NCBI GenBank assembly: GCA_963778655.1
Contig: CAVZVA010000012.1
Location: 128,001-192,000, forward strand
Reading direction: 5' to 3'
Origin: an uncultured delta proteobacterium
GTDB lineage: Bacteria > Myxococcota_A > Polyangia > Polyangiales > JAFGIB01
Length of the DNA: 64,000 nucleotides
The notes below the pieces were generated by a model, which searched no databases, was not told the origin of the DNA, and saw only the letters and a list, made by a program, of their open reading frames with translations. The translations under genes and the position numbers were made by a program. Numbering within the stretch: position 1 is the first letter of the stretch; each line of letters begins with the position of its first letter. Below, one piece after another: positions 41,826 to 54,622 of this stretch.

Positions 41826-42272
41826 GTGTTCTTCCCTGTCACTTTCTTCGTCGGAAAACGGTTGTCCTCGAACTGCCAATGCGCTCCGGACGTCTCCCGT
41901 CGGGAGTGGATCCGGAGCCGGCTCAGCCGCTACAGCCTCTGCCGACAGCGCGACGTGCAGCGGAATCCTGGCGCACAAATGACAGAGGTGCGGTAGACCT
42001 GGCAAGGGCCGCGTGGCCGCAAGCCCTGAAAAAGCAGTCAAAATCGTGCACGGGAGGCCTCGGACCCCTTGTTTTCGAGGCTCTGCGCGATCGCCGGCAG
42101 ATCGCCCGCCGCAATTTCGCGCCGCTGGCGCAGACTGCGGCCGCGCCGTGCCCGGCCGTGCCCAGCCGCCGGCGGGGCGCTCGGCGCGTCGGGCCGGCCC
42201 GAGCCGCGGCACCGCCCGCATTCGCCGGCGCTCAACCCGAGCGCTTTCCCGGTGTAGTATCTCTGCCCTGCG

Positions 42273-44528
42273 ATCACCCGGAGGCGCGTCATCCCTTTCG
42301 GCAAGTACGAGCTGCTCGAGCGCATCAACATCGGCGGCATGGCGGAGATCCTCAAGGCCCGGGATACCAGCCGGCCCGGCCAGCCGATCGTGGCGGTCAA
42401 GCGCATCTTGCCGCACCTGACCGACGACAAGCAGTACGTGACGATGTTCCTGGACGAGTCGCGCGTGCTCGCGCAGCTCGAGCACGACAACATCATTCGC
42501 ACGCTCGAGGTCGGCCAGGTCGGCGAAACGCCGTTCATCGCGCTCGAGTACGTCTTCGGCCAGGACGCGCGCATGTTGTTTCACCGCTCGCGTCGCACCG
42601 AGCAGCGCATCCCGGTGCCGATCGCCTGCTACATCGTCGCCCAGGCATGCGAGGCCTTGCATCACGCCCACGAGCAAGTGGACGCCGACGGCAACCTGCT
42701 CGGCCTCGTGCATCGCGATGTCTCGCTGCAGAACATCCTGATCTCCTACGACGGTGCCGTGAAGCTCACCGATTTCGGGATCGCGATGAGCACCGAGAAC
42801 GTCGCGCGCACCGAGGTGGGCATCGTCAAGGGCAAGTTCGGCTACATGTCGCCGGAGCAGATCAAGGGCGAGCCGATGGACCGCCGCAGCGACGTCTTCG
42901 CCACCGGCATCTGCCTCTACGAGCTGCTCACGAGCGAGCGGCTGTTTTCCGGCGAGAGTGACTACGCGGCGGTCGAGAAGGTGCGCAACGTGGTGATCGA
43001 GCCGCCCAGCCGCTGGAACCGCGAGGTCCCCTCCGCGCTCGAAGCGATCGCCCTGAAAGCGCTGGCCAAGCACCCGCGCAGCCGCTTCCAGAGCGCCGCG
43101 GAACTACGGCGCGCGCTGCTCGCGTTCATGGCCGACAGCCACAACGAGTGCTCGGCCAAGGATCTGGCGCAGCACATGCGTAGCGTGTTCGCCGAGGATC
43201 TCGCGAAACACCCGACGCCCGAGGCGCTGCGAGTCGACACCAAGCGCCGCAACGACGAGCCGACCGGTCTGGCCGCTTTCGACCACCTGGACCCCGTCAG
43301 CACGGTGAGCGGTCCCAGCGCCGTGTTTCCCAATCCCGCGTCGCTCGGGTCGGGTGGCGCGCCGGGCTCGTCGCCCGACTCGCCCCGGGCCGACTCAGCT
43401 GCGGGCAGGCGCGCCGAGAGCGCGGTCTTTCCGCTGCCTGATCCCGCGCTGGTCCCGGGCGCGGTCGAGCCTGGGTCGTCGCCCACGGTCGGGCTCGAGT
43501 GGGACGACGACGAGCCGCCCACCGGAAGCGGGCGCGCCGGCGAGCCGGACGACCTGCCGTCGCCGTTCGAAGCGCCCGGCGACGACGACGTCACGCGCCA
43601 GCTCTACGTGGGTGAAACGTTTTCCGGCATCGCCGCCGCCGTCTCCGACGTGCGCCCCGCGGCATCGGTGTCGTCGTACCCCGCGCCTTCCGCGCTGGGC
43701 GCCCCCTCGCCATTCGACGCGGCCGTGTCCACGGTTCCGCCGGCCGCCCCCACGCCGGCCGCCGAGCTGCGTGGCATGCCGCAGTTGCCGCAGACCTCGT
43801 ACGCCACCGTGGTCGCGATCGTGGTGGGCATCGTCGCCGTCATCTCGGTCGCCCTGTACCTGACCCGCGGCGCGCGGCCCGCCGAGATCCACCTGGTCAC
43901 CATGCCCGTGGACGCCCGAGTGAGCGTCGACGGTAAACCGTTCTCCGGCAGCATGAGCCCTTTCGTGATCAATGAACTCGCGCCCGGTCCCCGCCATCTG
44001 ATCGAGGTCCACAAGGCCGGCTATCGGGGATGGTCGGCGCGGCTCGCGCTCGAGTCTGGCGAGGTGTTGCAGCTGCCGCTGGTCACGCTGGTACCGGATG
44101 CGCGGCCCACGCAGGCGCGCGCGGCCCAACCCGCCGCCCCGCCGCCGCCAGCGGCCACGCCGCCGCCGGCGGCCACGCCCCCGCCGGCGGCCACGCCGCC
44201 TGCGCCCGCGGAGCCCGCGCCGCCCGAGCGAGCCACGCCCGCGCCGCGCCGCGCCCGCCCGCCGGCAGCCGCGCGCGCGCCGAGCAGGGCCGCCGTGTCC
44301 GCTGCGAGCAAGGCAGCAGGAACCGGCGTGCTACGCATCAACTCACGGCCGTGGGCCGAGGTCACGATCGACGGCCGCCCCGCCGGGACCACACCGCAGA
44401 TGAACCTGGTGTTGTCGGCGGGCAGCCATACCGTCCACCTCGCGAACCCTCAGTTCGGGCTGCAGAAGACATTCAAGGTCCGCATCAGCGCCGGTGAGAC
44501 GCTGACCAAAGTAGTGACCATGCAGTAG
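42273..44528 (+). CDS. Membrane Ser/Thr protein kinase with C-terminal PEGA-like domains
   Basis: IPFGKYELLERINIGGMAEI, VAVKR, HRDVS, TDFG, YMSPEQ; TM; INSRPWAEVTIDG; start uncertain (first canonical start 42339 lies inside subdomain I). Confidence 0.88.
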   Translation: MTRRRVIPFGKYELLERINIGGMAEILKARDTSRPGQPIVAVKRILPHLTDDKQYVTMFLDESRVLAQLEHDNIIRTLEVGQVGETPFIALEYVFGQDARMLFHRSRRTEQRIPVPIACYIVAQACEALHHAHEQVDADGNLLGLVHRDVSLQNILISYDGAVKLTDFGIAMSTENVARTEVGIVKGKFGYMSPEQIKGEPMDRRSDVFATGICLYELLTSERLFSGESDYAAVEKVRNVVIEPPSRWNREVPSALEAIALKALAKHPRSRFQSAAELRRALLAFMADSHNECSAKDLAQHMRSVFAEDLAKHPTPEALRVDTKRRNDEPTGLAAFDHLDPVSTVSGPSAVFPNPASLGSGGAPGSSPDSPRADSAAGRRAESAVFPLPDPALVPGAVEPGSSPTVGLEWDDDEPPTGSGRAGEPDDLPSPFEAPGDDDVTRQLYVGETFSGIAAAVSDVRPAASVSSYPAPSALGAPSPFDAAVSTVPPAAPTPAAELRGMPQLPQTSYATVVAIVVGIVAVISVALYLTRGARPAEIHLVTMPVDARVSVDGKPFSGSMSPFVINELAPGPRHLIEVHKAGYRGWSARLALESGEVLQLPLVTLVPDARPTQARAAQPAAPPPPAATPPPAATPPPAATPPAPAEPAPPERATPAPRRARPPAAARAPSRAAVSAASKAAGTGVLRINSRPWAEVTIDGRPAGTTPQMNLVLSAGSHTVHLANPQFGLQKTFKVRISAGETLTKVVTMQ

Positions 44529-44650
44529 CGGCCTTCGGGGTCAGCACAAGCCGCGAAGGCGGGAAGCGCTCGCCGCGGGGCTGCGAAGGTCGGCCGTTCG
44601 AGGCCGTTTCCGGCTTGCGCGCCGCGCGGCGGCGCTGCTTCCCGGTCACA

Positions 44651-44689
44651 AAAGACAGAAGGCCGGCCCCTCGTGAGGACCGGCCTTCC
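44651..44689 (-). terminator. Intrinsic terminator downstream of glnA
   Basis: Minus strand GAAGGCCGGTCCTC-AC-GAGGGGCCGGCCTTC followed by TGTCTTTT. Confidence 0.7.
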
Positions 44690-44711
44690 GGCGCAAGCGC
44701 AGCGCCCGCGA

Positions 44712-46127
<1,416 letters not shown>

Positions 46128-46171
46128 GCTGTTTGCTCTCCCTTGATTGGCCTGGCTGCGGCGCGGCCCGC

Positions 46172-48141
<1,970 letters not shown>

Positions 48142-48162
48142 TCGCGAGCGCCTGACACACGA

Positions 48163-48199
48163 ACGAAAGCCCGGCCGCGCGAGCAGCCGGGCTTTCGTG
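48163..48199. terminator. Hairpin between the convergent porin and glnE genes (likely bidirectional terminator)
   Basis: ACGAAAGCCCGGC-loop-GCCGGGCTTTCGT. Confidence 0.7.
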
Positions 48200-48201
48200 C
48201 A

Positions 48202-51162
48202 TTAAGACTCGCCGGCCGCTGGCTGATCGCTGGCCGCCCGCAGCGCGTCGTAAGCGGCCCGGATCGCCCGGGTGTGGTGGCGGTAGTCGCGCAGCAACGC
48301 GCGCCGCGCCGAGCCTGGTGGACCCTGTGAGGGATAGCCCAGCGTGCGTGCCAGCGCTTCGATGTCGCCGCGCTCCTCGTCCAGATCGGAGACCGAGCGG
48401 TTCTCCACCACGCGCAGGCGGTTGGCGAGCCGCTGCAGCATCTCCCAACCTCGGCGCAGCGTCTCGGCCTGGGCGGCGGGCAGCAAACCCAGGCGCGCCA
48501 GGCGCTGGAGCAGCTCCTCGATCGGGGCCACCTCGAGCAACTCCGCGTGCTGCGTGCCGTGGCGCAGCTGCAGGTACTGCACAATCGTCTCCACGTCGAG
48601 CAGGCCGCCCGGCCCGCGCTTGAAGTCGTGGCGGCGCTCTCCCTCCTTGGCGAGCTCCTTCTCCATGCGGTCGCGCACGTGGGTGATCTCGGCCAGGGCG
48701 TCCTGAGGCAGCGGCTGCAACAACACCTCGGAGCGCAGGCGCTCGAAGCGTGCGCGCAGCTCGAGGTCGCCGGCCACCGCCCGTGCTCGCAGCAACGCTA
48801 CGCGCTCCCACACCGCGGCCTCCCGCCCGTGGTAGCGCGCGAATCCCTCGATCGAGGCGACCAGCGCGCCCTGGTTGCCCGAGGGCCGCAGGCGCGGGTC
48901 GACCTCGTAGCACGCGCCTTCTTCGGTGCTGGTCTGGAGCATGGAGATCAGGCGCTGGCTCAGGCGCGTGCAGTACTCCTGCGCGTCGTTGGGGTCGGCA
49001 TCGGGCGAGCCCGGATCGAACACGAAGATCAGATCCAGATCGCTGCCGTACGACAGCTCGCGGCTCGCGAGCTTGCCCATGCCGACCACGATGAAGCGCG
49101 TGCCCGCCGCCGCGGCCGCGAGCTTGGGCCGGCGTTCCTGCAGCCACTCTCGGCTTTGCGCCAGCGCGCGGCACAGGCACACCTCCGCGATCTCCGTCAG
49201 CGCGAGCGCGAGCTCTGTGCGCGACACCTTACCGCCCAGATCGAGCAGACCGGCATTGATGATCTGCCGGTGGTAGAAGCGCCGCAGCGCGTCCAGCGCC
49301 GCCTCACTGCGCTCGTCCCTGCGCTGCAGGCATTCGGCCAGGATCTGCTCGAAGTCGCGCTCGAGGCCGTCGCGATCGAGCAGCAGCACGTTGGGGTCGT
49401 GGAACACCGGCTCGATCAGCACCGGGTGGCTGGCGAGCATCGCCGACAGGTAGCTCGAGGCGGCGAACAGCGCGGTCAGCCGGGGCACCAGCTCTGGTCG
49501 GTCCGACAGTAGCTCGAAGTAGAAGCGCCGCCGGCCCAGTCCGCGCACGAAGTGGTCGAGGTTGTTGAACGCGCGCTCGGGGTCCGCGCTCGCCGCGACC
49601 GCGCGCGTGAAGCGCTCGGCCAGGTCCTCCAGCGCTACGCGCGAGCTCTCGGCCGCGAGCAGCTCGGGCGCGTGCCCGCTGAGCAACGCGAACACGCGGT
49701 CGGTGTCGCGCTCGGGAAAGGCCTCCGCCACGGCCCGGCTCACGGTCTCGCAGTGGCGCCGCAGGGTGTGCTCCAGCTGCGCCGTCGCATCCGGCCCGAG
49801 GTAGCCCAGCGCCCGCGCCATACGCGTGCGTTCCCGCTCGTCCTCGGGCAGGGTGTGGGTCTGGCCCTCGGCGCTCATCTGCAGGCGGTGCTCGAGCCTG
49901 CGCAGGAACAGGTAGGCGTCGAGCAAACCCGCACTCTGCTCGGCGGACAACAACTGCACGTCGCGCAGGCGCTCCAGTGCATCGCGCGTTCCGCGGGCGC
50001 GGATCTGCTCGATGCGCCCGCCGTGCAGCAGCTGCAGCGCCTGCGCCACGAATTCGAAATCGCGGATTCCACCGGCGCCGAGCTTCACGTTGAAGCCCGG
50101 CTGACGCCCGCCGTGCGCGGCCGCGATCTTGGCTTTGAGCTCGCGAATGCCCTCGACCGCCGCGAGGTCCATCACCGAGCGGTAGATCATCGGGTCGACC
50201 GCGCGCACCGCGCGCCAGCCGAAGCCGAGGTCGCCGGCCACCGGGCGCGCCTTCATGAAGGTGGCCTTCTCCCAGGCATCGGCCCAGCTCTCGTAGTAGA
50301 CCGCCAGCGCCTCGTCGGAAACCACCAGCGTGCCCTGGCCGCCCTGCGGCCGGAGGTCGAGGTCGATGCGGTACAGAAAGCCCTCGTCGCTGACGTCGCC
50401 CACCAGCTTGCCGAACTGCTGTGCCAGCCGGGTGAAGTACTCGGCCGCAGGTAGCGCGGCGTGGCTCGGGCCCTTGGGGCTCTCGGCCAGCTCGTGTGCG
50501 GGAGCCTCGAAGACGTACACCAGGTCCACGTCCGACGAGTAGTTGAGCTCCTCCGCACCCAGCTTGCCCAGGCCCAGCACTGTGAAGGCGAGCTCGACGT
50601 CGGCACCGGTCACGTCGCGCCAGCGCGGCGGGCCAAAGCGCGCAGCAAGCCGCGTGCGCGCCACCTGCAGCGCCCGCTGCAGCAGCAGGTCGGCGAGCTG
50701 CGAGAGCTCTTGGAGCGTGACGTCACTTCGCGCGAGCGGCACCAAGCGCTCGCTGCAGTCGCGCACGGTGATGCGCGCGAGCTCGCGGTACTTGAAACGG
50801 CGCAGCGTCTGGAAAGCGTCGCTGGGCTCGGCCGCCAGCTCGGCGTCGAGCTCCGCCCGCTGCGCCTCGGGGCTGCGCGGCGCGTCGAGCGGGTCGCGCA
50901 GCAGCGCGAGCAGCCAACCGGGCCTTCGCACCAGGTAGGATGCCAAGAAGGGTGCCACGCCGCACAAGGCCAAGAGCACCTCTCCGAGCCGCTCCGGCGC
51001 GGCCGCGGCCAGCGTTTCCAGCTCAGCGCGCGGCGCAGCCGCGAGCACCTCCTGCGCCAGCGCGCGTGCCTGCGCGGGGTCGGGTGCGCGTGCCAGCGCC
51101 TGGCGCACCGGCGCCAGCCACGCGGGCGCGCGCGCGCTCGGCTCCAGCTCGAAATCGCTCAT
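48202..51162 (-). CDS. glnE: Bifunctional glutamine synthetase adenylyltransferase/adenylyl-removing enzyme
   Basis: Two nucleotidyltransferase domains GKLGAEELNYSSDVDL and GKLASRELSYGSDLDL; KLGAGGIRD and KRGPGGLLD. Confidence 0.93.
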   Translation of the reverse strand: MSDFELEPSARAPAWLAPVRQALARAPDPAQARALAQEVLAAAPRAELETLAAAAPERLGEVLLALCGVAPFLASYLVRRPGWLLALLRDPLDAPRSPEAQRAELDAELAAEPSDAFQTLRRFKYRELARITVRDCSERLVPLARSDVTLQELSQLADLLLQRALQVARTRLAARFGPPRWRDVTGADVELAFTVLGLGKLGAEELNYSSDVDLVYVFEAPAHELAESPKGPSHAALPAAEYFTRLAQQFGKLVGDVSDEGFLYRIDLDLRPQGGQGTLVVSDEALAVYYESWADAWEKATFMKARPVAGDLGFGWRAVRAVDPMIYRSVMDLAAVEGIRELKAKIAAAHGGRQPGFNVKLGAGGIRDFEFVAQALQLLHGGRIEQIRARGTRDALERLRDVQLLSAEQSAGLLDAYLFLRRLEHRLQMSAEGQTHTLPEDERERTRMARALGYLGPDATAQLEHTLRRHCETVSRAVAEAFPERDTDRVFALLSGHAPELLAAESSRVALEDLAERFTRAVAASADPERAFNNLDHFVRGLGRRRFYFELLSDRPELVPRLTALFAASSYLSAMLASHPVLIEPVFHDPNVLLLDRDGLERDFEQILAECLQRRDERSEAALDALRRFYHRQIINAGLLDLGGKVSRTELALALTEIAEVCLCRALAQSREWLQERRPKLAAAAAGTRFIVVGMGKLASRELSYGSDLDLIFVFDPGSPDADPNDAQEYCTRLSQRLISMLQTSTEEGACYEVDPRLRPSGNQGALVASIEGFARYHGREAAVWERVALLRARAVAGDLELRARFERLRSEVLLQPLPQDALAEITHVRDRMEKELAKEGERRHDFKRGPGGLLDVETIVQYLQLRHGTQHAELLEVAPIEELLQRLARLGLLPAAQAETLRRGWEMLQRLANRLRVVENRSVSDLDEERGDIEALARTLGYPSQGPPGSARRALLRDYRHHTRAIRAAYDALRAASDQPAAGES

Positions 51163-53330
51163 GCCAGCGGAAACGGCTTCTTGCCGCTGAGATCCGGCTC
51201 GTCCAGGCTGGGCTCGCCGCCCGCGTCCACCGCAGCCAGCGTGAACGAGGCCTTGCCGCGGACCATTGCGCCGTCCCCGCCGCGGTCGACCAGCGGCCGC
51301 TCGATCGTGACCAGTGTGATCTGCGCGTTGCTGCCGTCGAAGGCCGCGATCCCGTAGCCGTTGGCGGCCGTGTCCACGAAGCGCAGGTGCGGGTTGACCT
51401 TGTCGTTGCGCGCGGCCTCGGCCATCGCAATATCGTTGGTCATGCTGGCGGTGGTGGCTGCGACGCTGCCGTAGCGGATCAGCGTGTTGAGGTTGACCAC
51501 CGCCGTGTCGCTGCCCCCCAGCGGCGTCGCGTCGTAGGTGATCAGCGCCAGGATCGGCGCGACCGCAGCCTCGAGGCCGGGCGTGGCCTTGGCTGAGATC
51601 GCGCTGGCCACGGCCGCGAACTGCGAGCTCGAGCTGATGCCCGCGGCGCAGAAATCCGCCGTGACCGGCGTCGGCGAGTCGGCGTCGAAATCGTCCAGCA
51701 CCAGGCCCGCAAAGTGGGCGTGGTGATCGCCGGAGAGCGAGACCAGGTTGCGCACTCCGTTGTCCTTGAGGAACCCCATCAGCTCGCGGCGCTCGCTGGC
51801 GAAGCCGTCCCAGGCGTCGTCGGAGAGCAGCAGATCGCCGCTGAACAGAGCGACATCCGTCGTGTCGAGGCGGAAGCGCAACAGCGGCACCGAGTTGCCC
51901 CACACCTTGAAGGTCGCGGTCGAGGCCTGCAGCACGTCCTTCCACCACTGCTTCTGCTTGGCACCGAGCATGCTGCCGGGTGGGCTGTCCTTGCGCGTGT
52001 TGTCGAAGCCGCCCGCCTTGTCCGGCGGGTTGCCGCCGTTCGCCGTCTTGCCGGCATCGAAGGTGTTGATGGCGTCCAGCGAGAGCCCCGCACGCGGATT
52101 GAAGACCAGCAGGTTGCCGAAGCTGACGTCTTCCGGGATAGCGTGATCGCTACGGTAGGCGCGGTTGTCGGTGAGCACCAGGTCGACGTGCTTGCCGAAG
52201 CGCAGGTTGCGGTAGATGGTGATGGCGGAGATCGCCTTCTGGTTGTTGGGCTCGGTCACCTCGACCGGGTCGCTGTAGCTGGCGTCCTCGACCTCGACCG
52301 GCGTGAAGTCTTTGGCCGCAGGAGCCACGCCGTCGACGCTCTCGGCGTCGCTCAGCGCCGCCGGTACGAATTCGAACCAAGCCTGGCTCGCGGCTACGCG
52401 GCGCTTTTGTGACGGCTCGTCGAAGCTCTTGTCGTCGGTGTAGTTGGCCTGCGTCTGCCAGCAGTCGTCGCTGAACTCGTGGTCGTCCCATACGCTCACG
52501 AACGGCCAGCGCGCGCGCGCTTCCTGCAAGTCCGGGTCGCCCAGGTACGACTTGTACAGGTGGCGGTAGTCGTCGACCGTCTGCGCGTAGGTGGCGCCCG
52601 AGTCGAGCATGCCGCCGCCGGAAGGGAAGTCGGGGATCTTGCGGTCTTTTCCGTCCTGATCCTTCAGCATCACCGGCTTCAGGTCGTCGCCGAGCGCCAT
52701 CTGGAAGCCCGCGCCCTGCGTCTCGTAGATGAAGTCGCCCAGGAAGAGCACGAAGCGCAGTCGCTCGTCCTCGGCGGAAGCCTCGTCGTCGTTGATCATG
52801 CGGCGCCAAGCGCCGTAGAAGCCGGCGCTGTAGTCCTGGCACGACGCCCAGGCGAAACGCACCGGCACGTCCGCATCCTGCTCCGGAGCGGTCCAGGTGC
52901 GTCCGGTGCGGCTCTGGTCGGCGCCGGCGACGAAGCGGTAGTAGTAGATGGTATCGGGGTCCAGGCCTTCGACCAGCACGCGCGCGGTGTAGTCCGAGTC
53001 CGGGCCCACCGTCACGGTCTCTTGCGCGACCAGCTTCTTGAAGGAGTCGTCTCCGGCGACCTCCAGGTGCATCGTGATTCCGCTCTTGCTCTGCGTCTTC
53101 TTGCCCAGCGCCTCGACTCGGGTCCACAGCATCACCGAGGCCGCCCGCGGATCGCCCGAAGCGACGCCCTGCGGGAAGCCGTAGGCCCCCGCGATCGCGG
53201 GCCCGCCGTCGCCGCTTCCGCCGTCCCCCGCGCCGCCGTTGTTTCCGCTGCTGCAGCCGGAAAGCACCTTGCCCACGCCGGCGGTGACGATGAAACAGCC
53301 GGCGTTCTTGAGGAAATCTCGTCTTCGCAT
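51159..53330 (-). CDS. phoD: PhoD-family alkaline phosphatase, Tat-exported lipoprotein
   Basis: MRRRDFLK Tat motif, LSGC lipobox, GVASGDP, ASCQ, LGDFIYE, WDDHEF, DAWDGF, SGDHH. Confidence 0.9.
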   Translation of the reverse strand: MRRRDFLKNAGCFIVTAGVGKVLSGCSSGNNGGAGDGGSGDGGPAIAGAYGFPQGVASGDPRAASVMLWTRVEALGKKTQSKSGITMHLEVAGDDSFKKLVAQETVTVGPDSDYTARVLVEGLDPDTIYYYRFVAGADQSRTGRTWTAPEQDADVPVRFAWASCQDYSAGFYGAWRRMINDDEASAEDERLRFVLFLGDFIYETQGAGFQMALGDDLKPVMLKDQDGKDRKIPDFPSGGGMLDSGATYAQTVDDYRHLYKSYLGDPDLQEARARWPFVSVWDDHEFSDDCWQTQANYTDDKSFDEPSQKRRVAASQAWFEFVPAALSDAESVDGVAPAAKDFTPVEVEDASYSDPVEVTEPNNQKAISAITIYRNLRFGKHVDLVLTDNRAYRSDHAIPEDVSFGNLLVFNPRAGLSLDAINTFDAGKTANGGNPPDKAGGFDNTRKDSPPGSMLGAKQKQWWKDVLQASTATFKVWGNSVPLLRFRLDTTDVALFSGDLLLSDDAWDGFASERRELMGFLKDNGVRNLVSLSGDHHAHFAGLVLDDFDADSPTPVTADFCAAGISSSSQFAAVASAISAKATPGLEAAVAPILALITYDATPLGGSDTAVVNLNTLIRYGSVAATTASMTNDIAMAEAARNDKVNPHLRFVDTAANGYGIAAFDGSNAQITLVTIERPLVDRGGDGAMVRGKASFTLAAVDAGGEPSLDEPDLSGKKPFPLA

Positions 53331-53417
53331 GCCGCCCTCGCTTGGCCGCATGATGCCAGGCGGGCGCCGGGCCGAGAAGGGGTCGGTTGCGAGGCCGGCC
53401 GGCAAAGGTTGCGCGCG

Positions 53418-53816
53418 CTACTTGCTTTCGGCCTCCGCGCCTTCCACGCCCTCGGCTGCCTCGGCTTCTTCGATTTCGCGGCGGACGAGCGCCATGTCGA
53501 GCCCGCGGACCTCCTGCACCAGGCGGTCCAGCACCGCTCCCGCCAGCATGCCCGGCTGCGAAAACACGGGGATGCCGTCGCGGAAAATCATCAGCGTGGG
53601 GATCGAGCGGATGCCGAACATCCCGGCCAGCTCCTGCTCCGCGTCCACATCGATCTTGCCCCACACGATCTCCGGGAAGCGCTGTGCGGCCTGTTCGTAC
53701 ACGGGCGCGAAGGCCCGGCACGGCCCGCACCACGCGGCCCAGAAATCGATGAAGACGATGCCCTCCTTGTCTATCTCGGAGGCGAAATTGCCGGCGTTGA
53801 GCTCGGTCGTGTCCAT
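53418..53816 (-). CDS. Thioredoxin
   Basis: IDFWAAWCGPCR, IRSIPTL; GGAGG ribosome binding site. Confidence 0.93.
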   Translation of the reverse strand: MDTTELNAGNFASEIDKEGIVFIDFWAAWCGPCRAFAPVYEQAAQRFPEIVWGKIDVDAEQELAGMFGIRSIPTLMIFRDGIPVFSQPGMLAGAVLDRLVQEVRGLDMALVRREIEEAEAAEGVEGAEAESK

Positions 53817-53945
53817 GGTTCCTCCTGCCTGCGGTCTTCCTCGGGTGAGAGCCGGCGGCGGGGTAAAAGGGTTCGGCGGTCTGGCACCTCCGGCCCGCTC
53901 GACCACCTTGCCGAAGCGCCCCGCCAGCGGTGTATCCTCGCCGTC

Positions 53946-54488
53946 ATGGAATCCGAGCGGGCCTACTTTCGGCTGTGCAGCAGCTGCCGGCAGCCGCTGT
54001 CCTTCGAGAGCACCTACTACACCTGCAGCGTTTCCACCTGCAACCGCAAGCGCACCGGCCTGAGCTTCTGCTCGGTCGCGTGTTTCGAAGCCCACGTGCC
54101 CGGCGCGCGCCACCGCGAGGCCTGGGCCGAGCCGCAGCAGGCGCCGAGCCGCGAGCAGTGGTTGCAGGAGCAGGCGAGCGAGCAGGAACAGGCGGGGAAA
54201 TCAGCGCCACAGGCCGCCGCGCGGCCGCCCGAGCCTTCGCGTCCCGAGCGACGCATCGTCGGGGGCGGCGCCGGCGCGGGTGGGGCGACCGCACCCGCGG
54301 CCGAGCTGCCGCACGACATTTTGATCGTGGTCTCCAAGCTCAAGGCCTACGTGCGCGCCCGTTCCGGCATGAACACGGCGGATGCGGTCGCCGACACCCT
54401 CAGCGACATCGTGCGAGAGCTGTGCGATGCCGCGATCCAGAAGGCCGCCGCCGATGGCCGCAGGACGGTGATGCCGCGCGATCTGTGA
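53946..54488 (+). CDS. Zinc-finger / bacterial histone-fold fusion protein (Bd0055-like C-terminal histone fold)
   Basis: N-term CSSC-x12-CSVSTC-x9-CSVACFEAH-x6-H; C-term ILIVVSKLKAYVRARSGMNTADAVADTLSDIVRELCDAAIQKAAADGRRTVMPRDL. Confidence 0.85.
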   Translation: MESERAYFRLCSSCRQPLSFESTYYTCSVSTCNRKRTGLSFCSVACFEAHVPGARHREAWAEPQQAPSREQWLQEQASEQEQAGKSAPQAAARPPEPSRPERRIVGGGAGAGGATAPAAELPHDILIVVSKLKAYVRARSGMNTADAVADTLSDIVRELCDAAIQKAAADGRRTVMPRDL

Positions 54489-54622
54489 ACGCCCGCGCGT
54501 GAGCCGCGCGCACGCTTCTGCACACGGGCGAAAAAAGCATGCGTGCGGGCACGCGGCGCTTGACGGCAGTGGCGCGACGGGGGCACTAAGAGCCCAGGGT
54601 TCTTTTGGGGTTCTCGGCTTCC

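Noticed and set aside
44140..44215. 18-bp tandem repeats
   Set aside because: They encode the PPPAAT linker of the kinase
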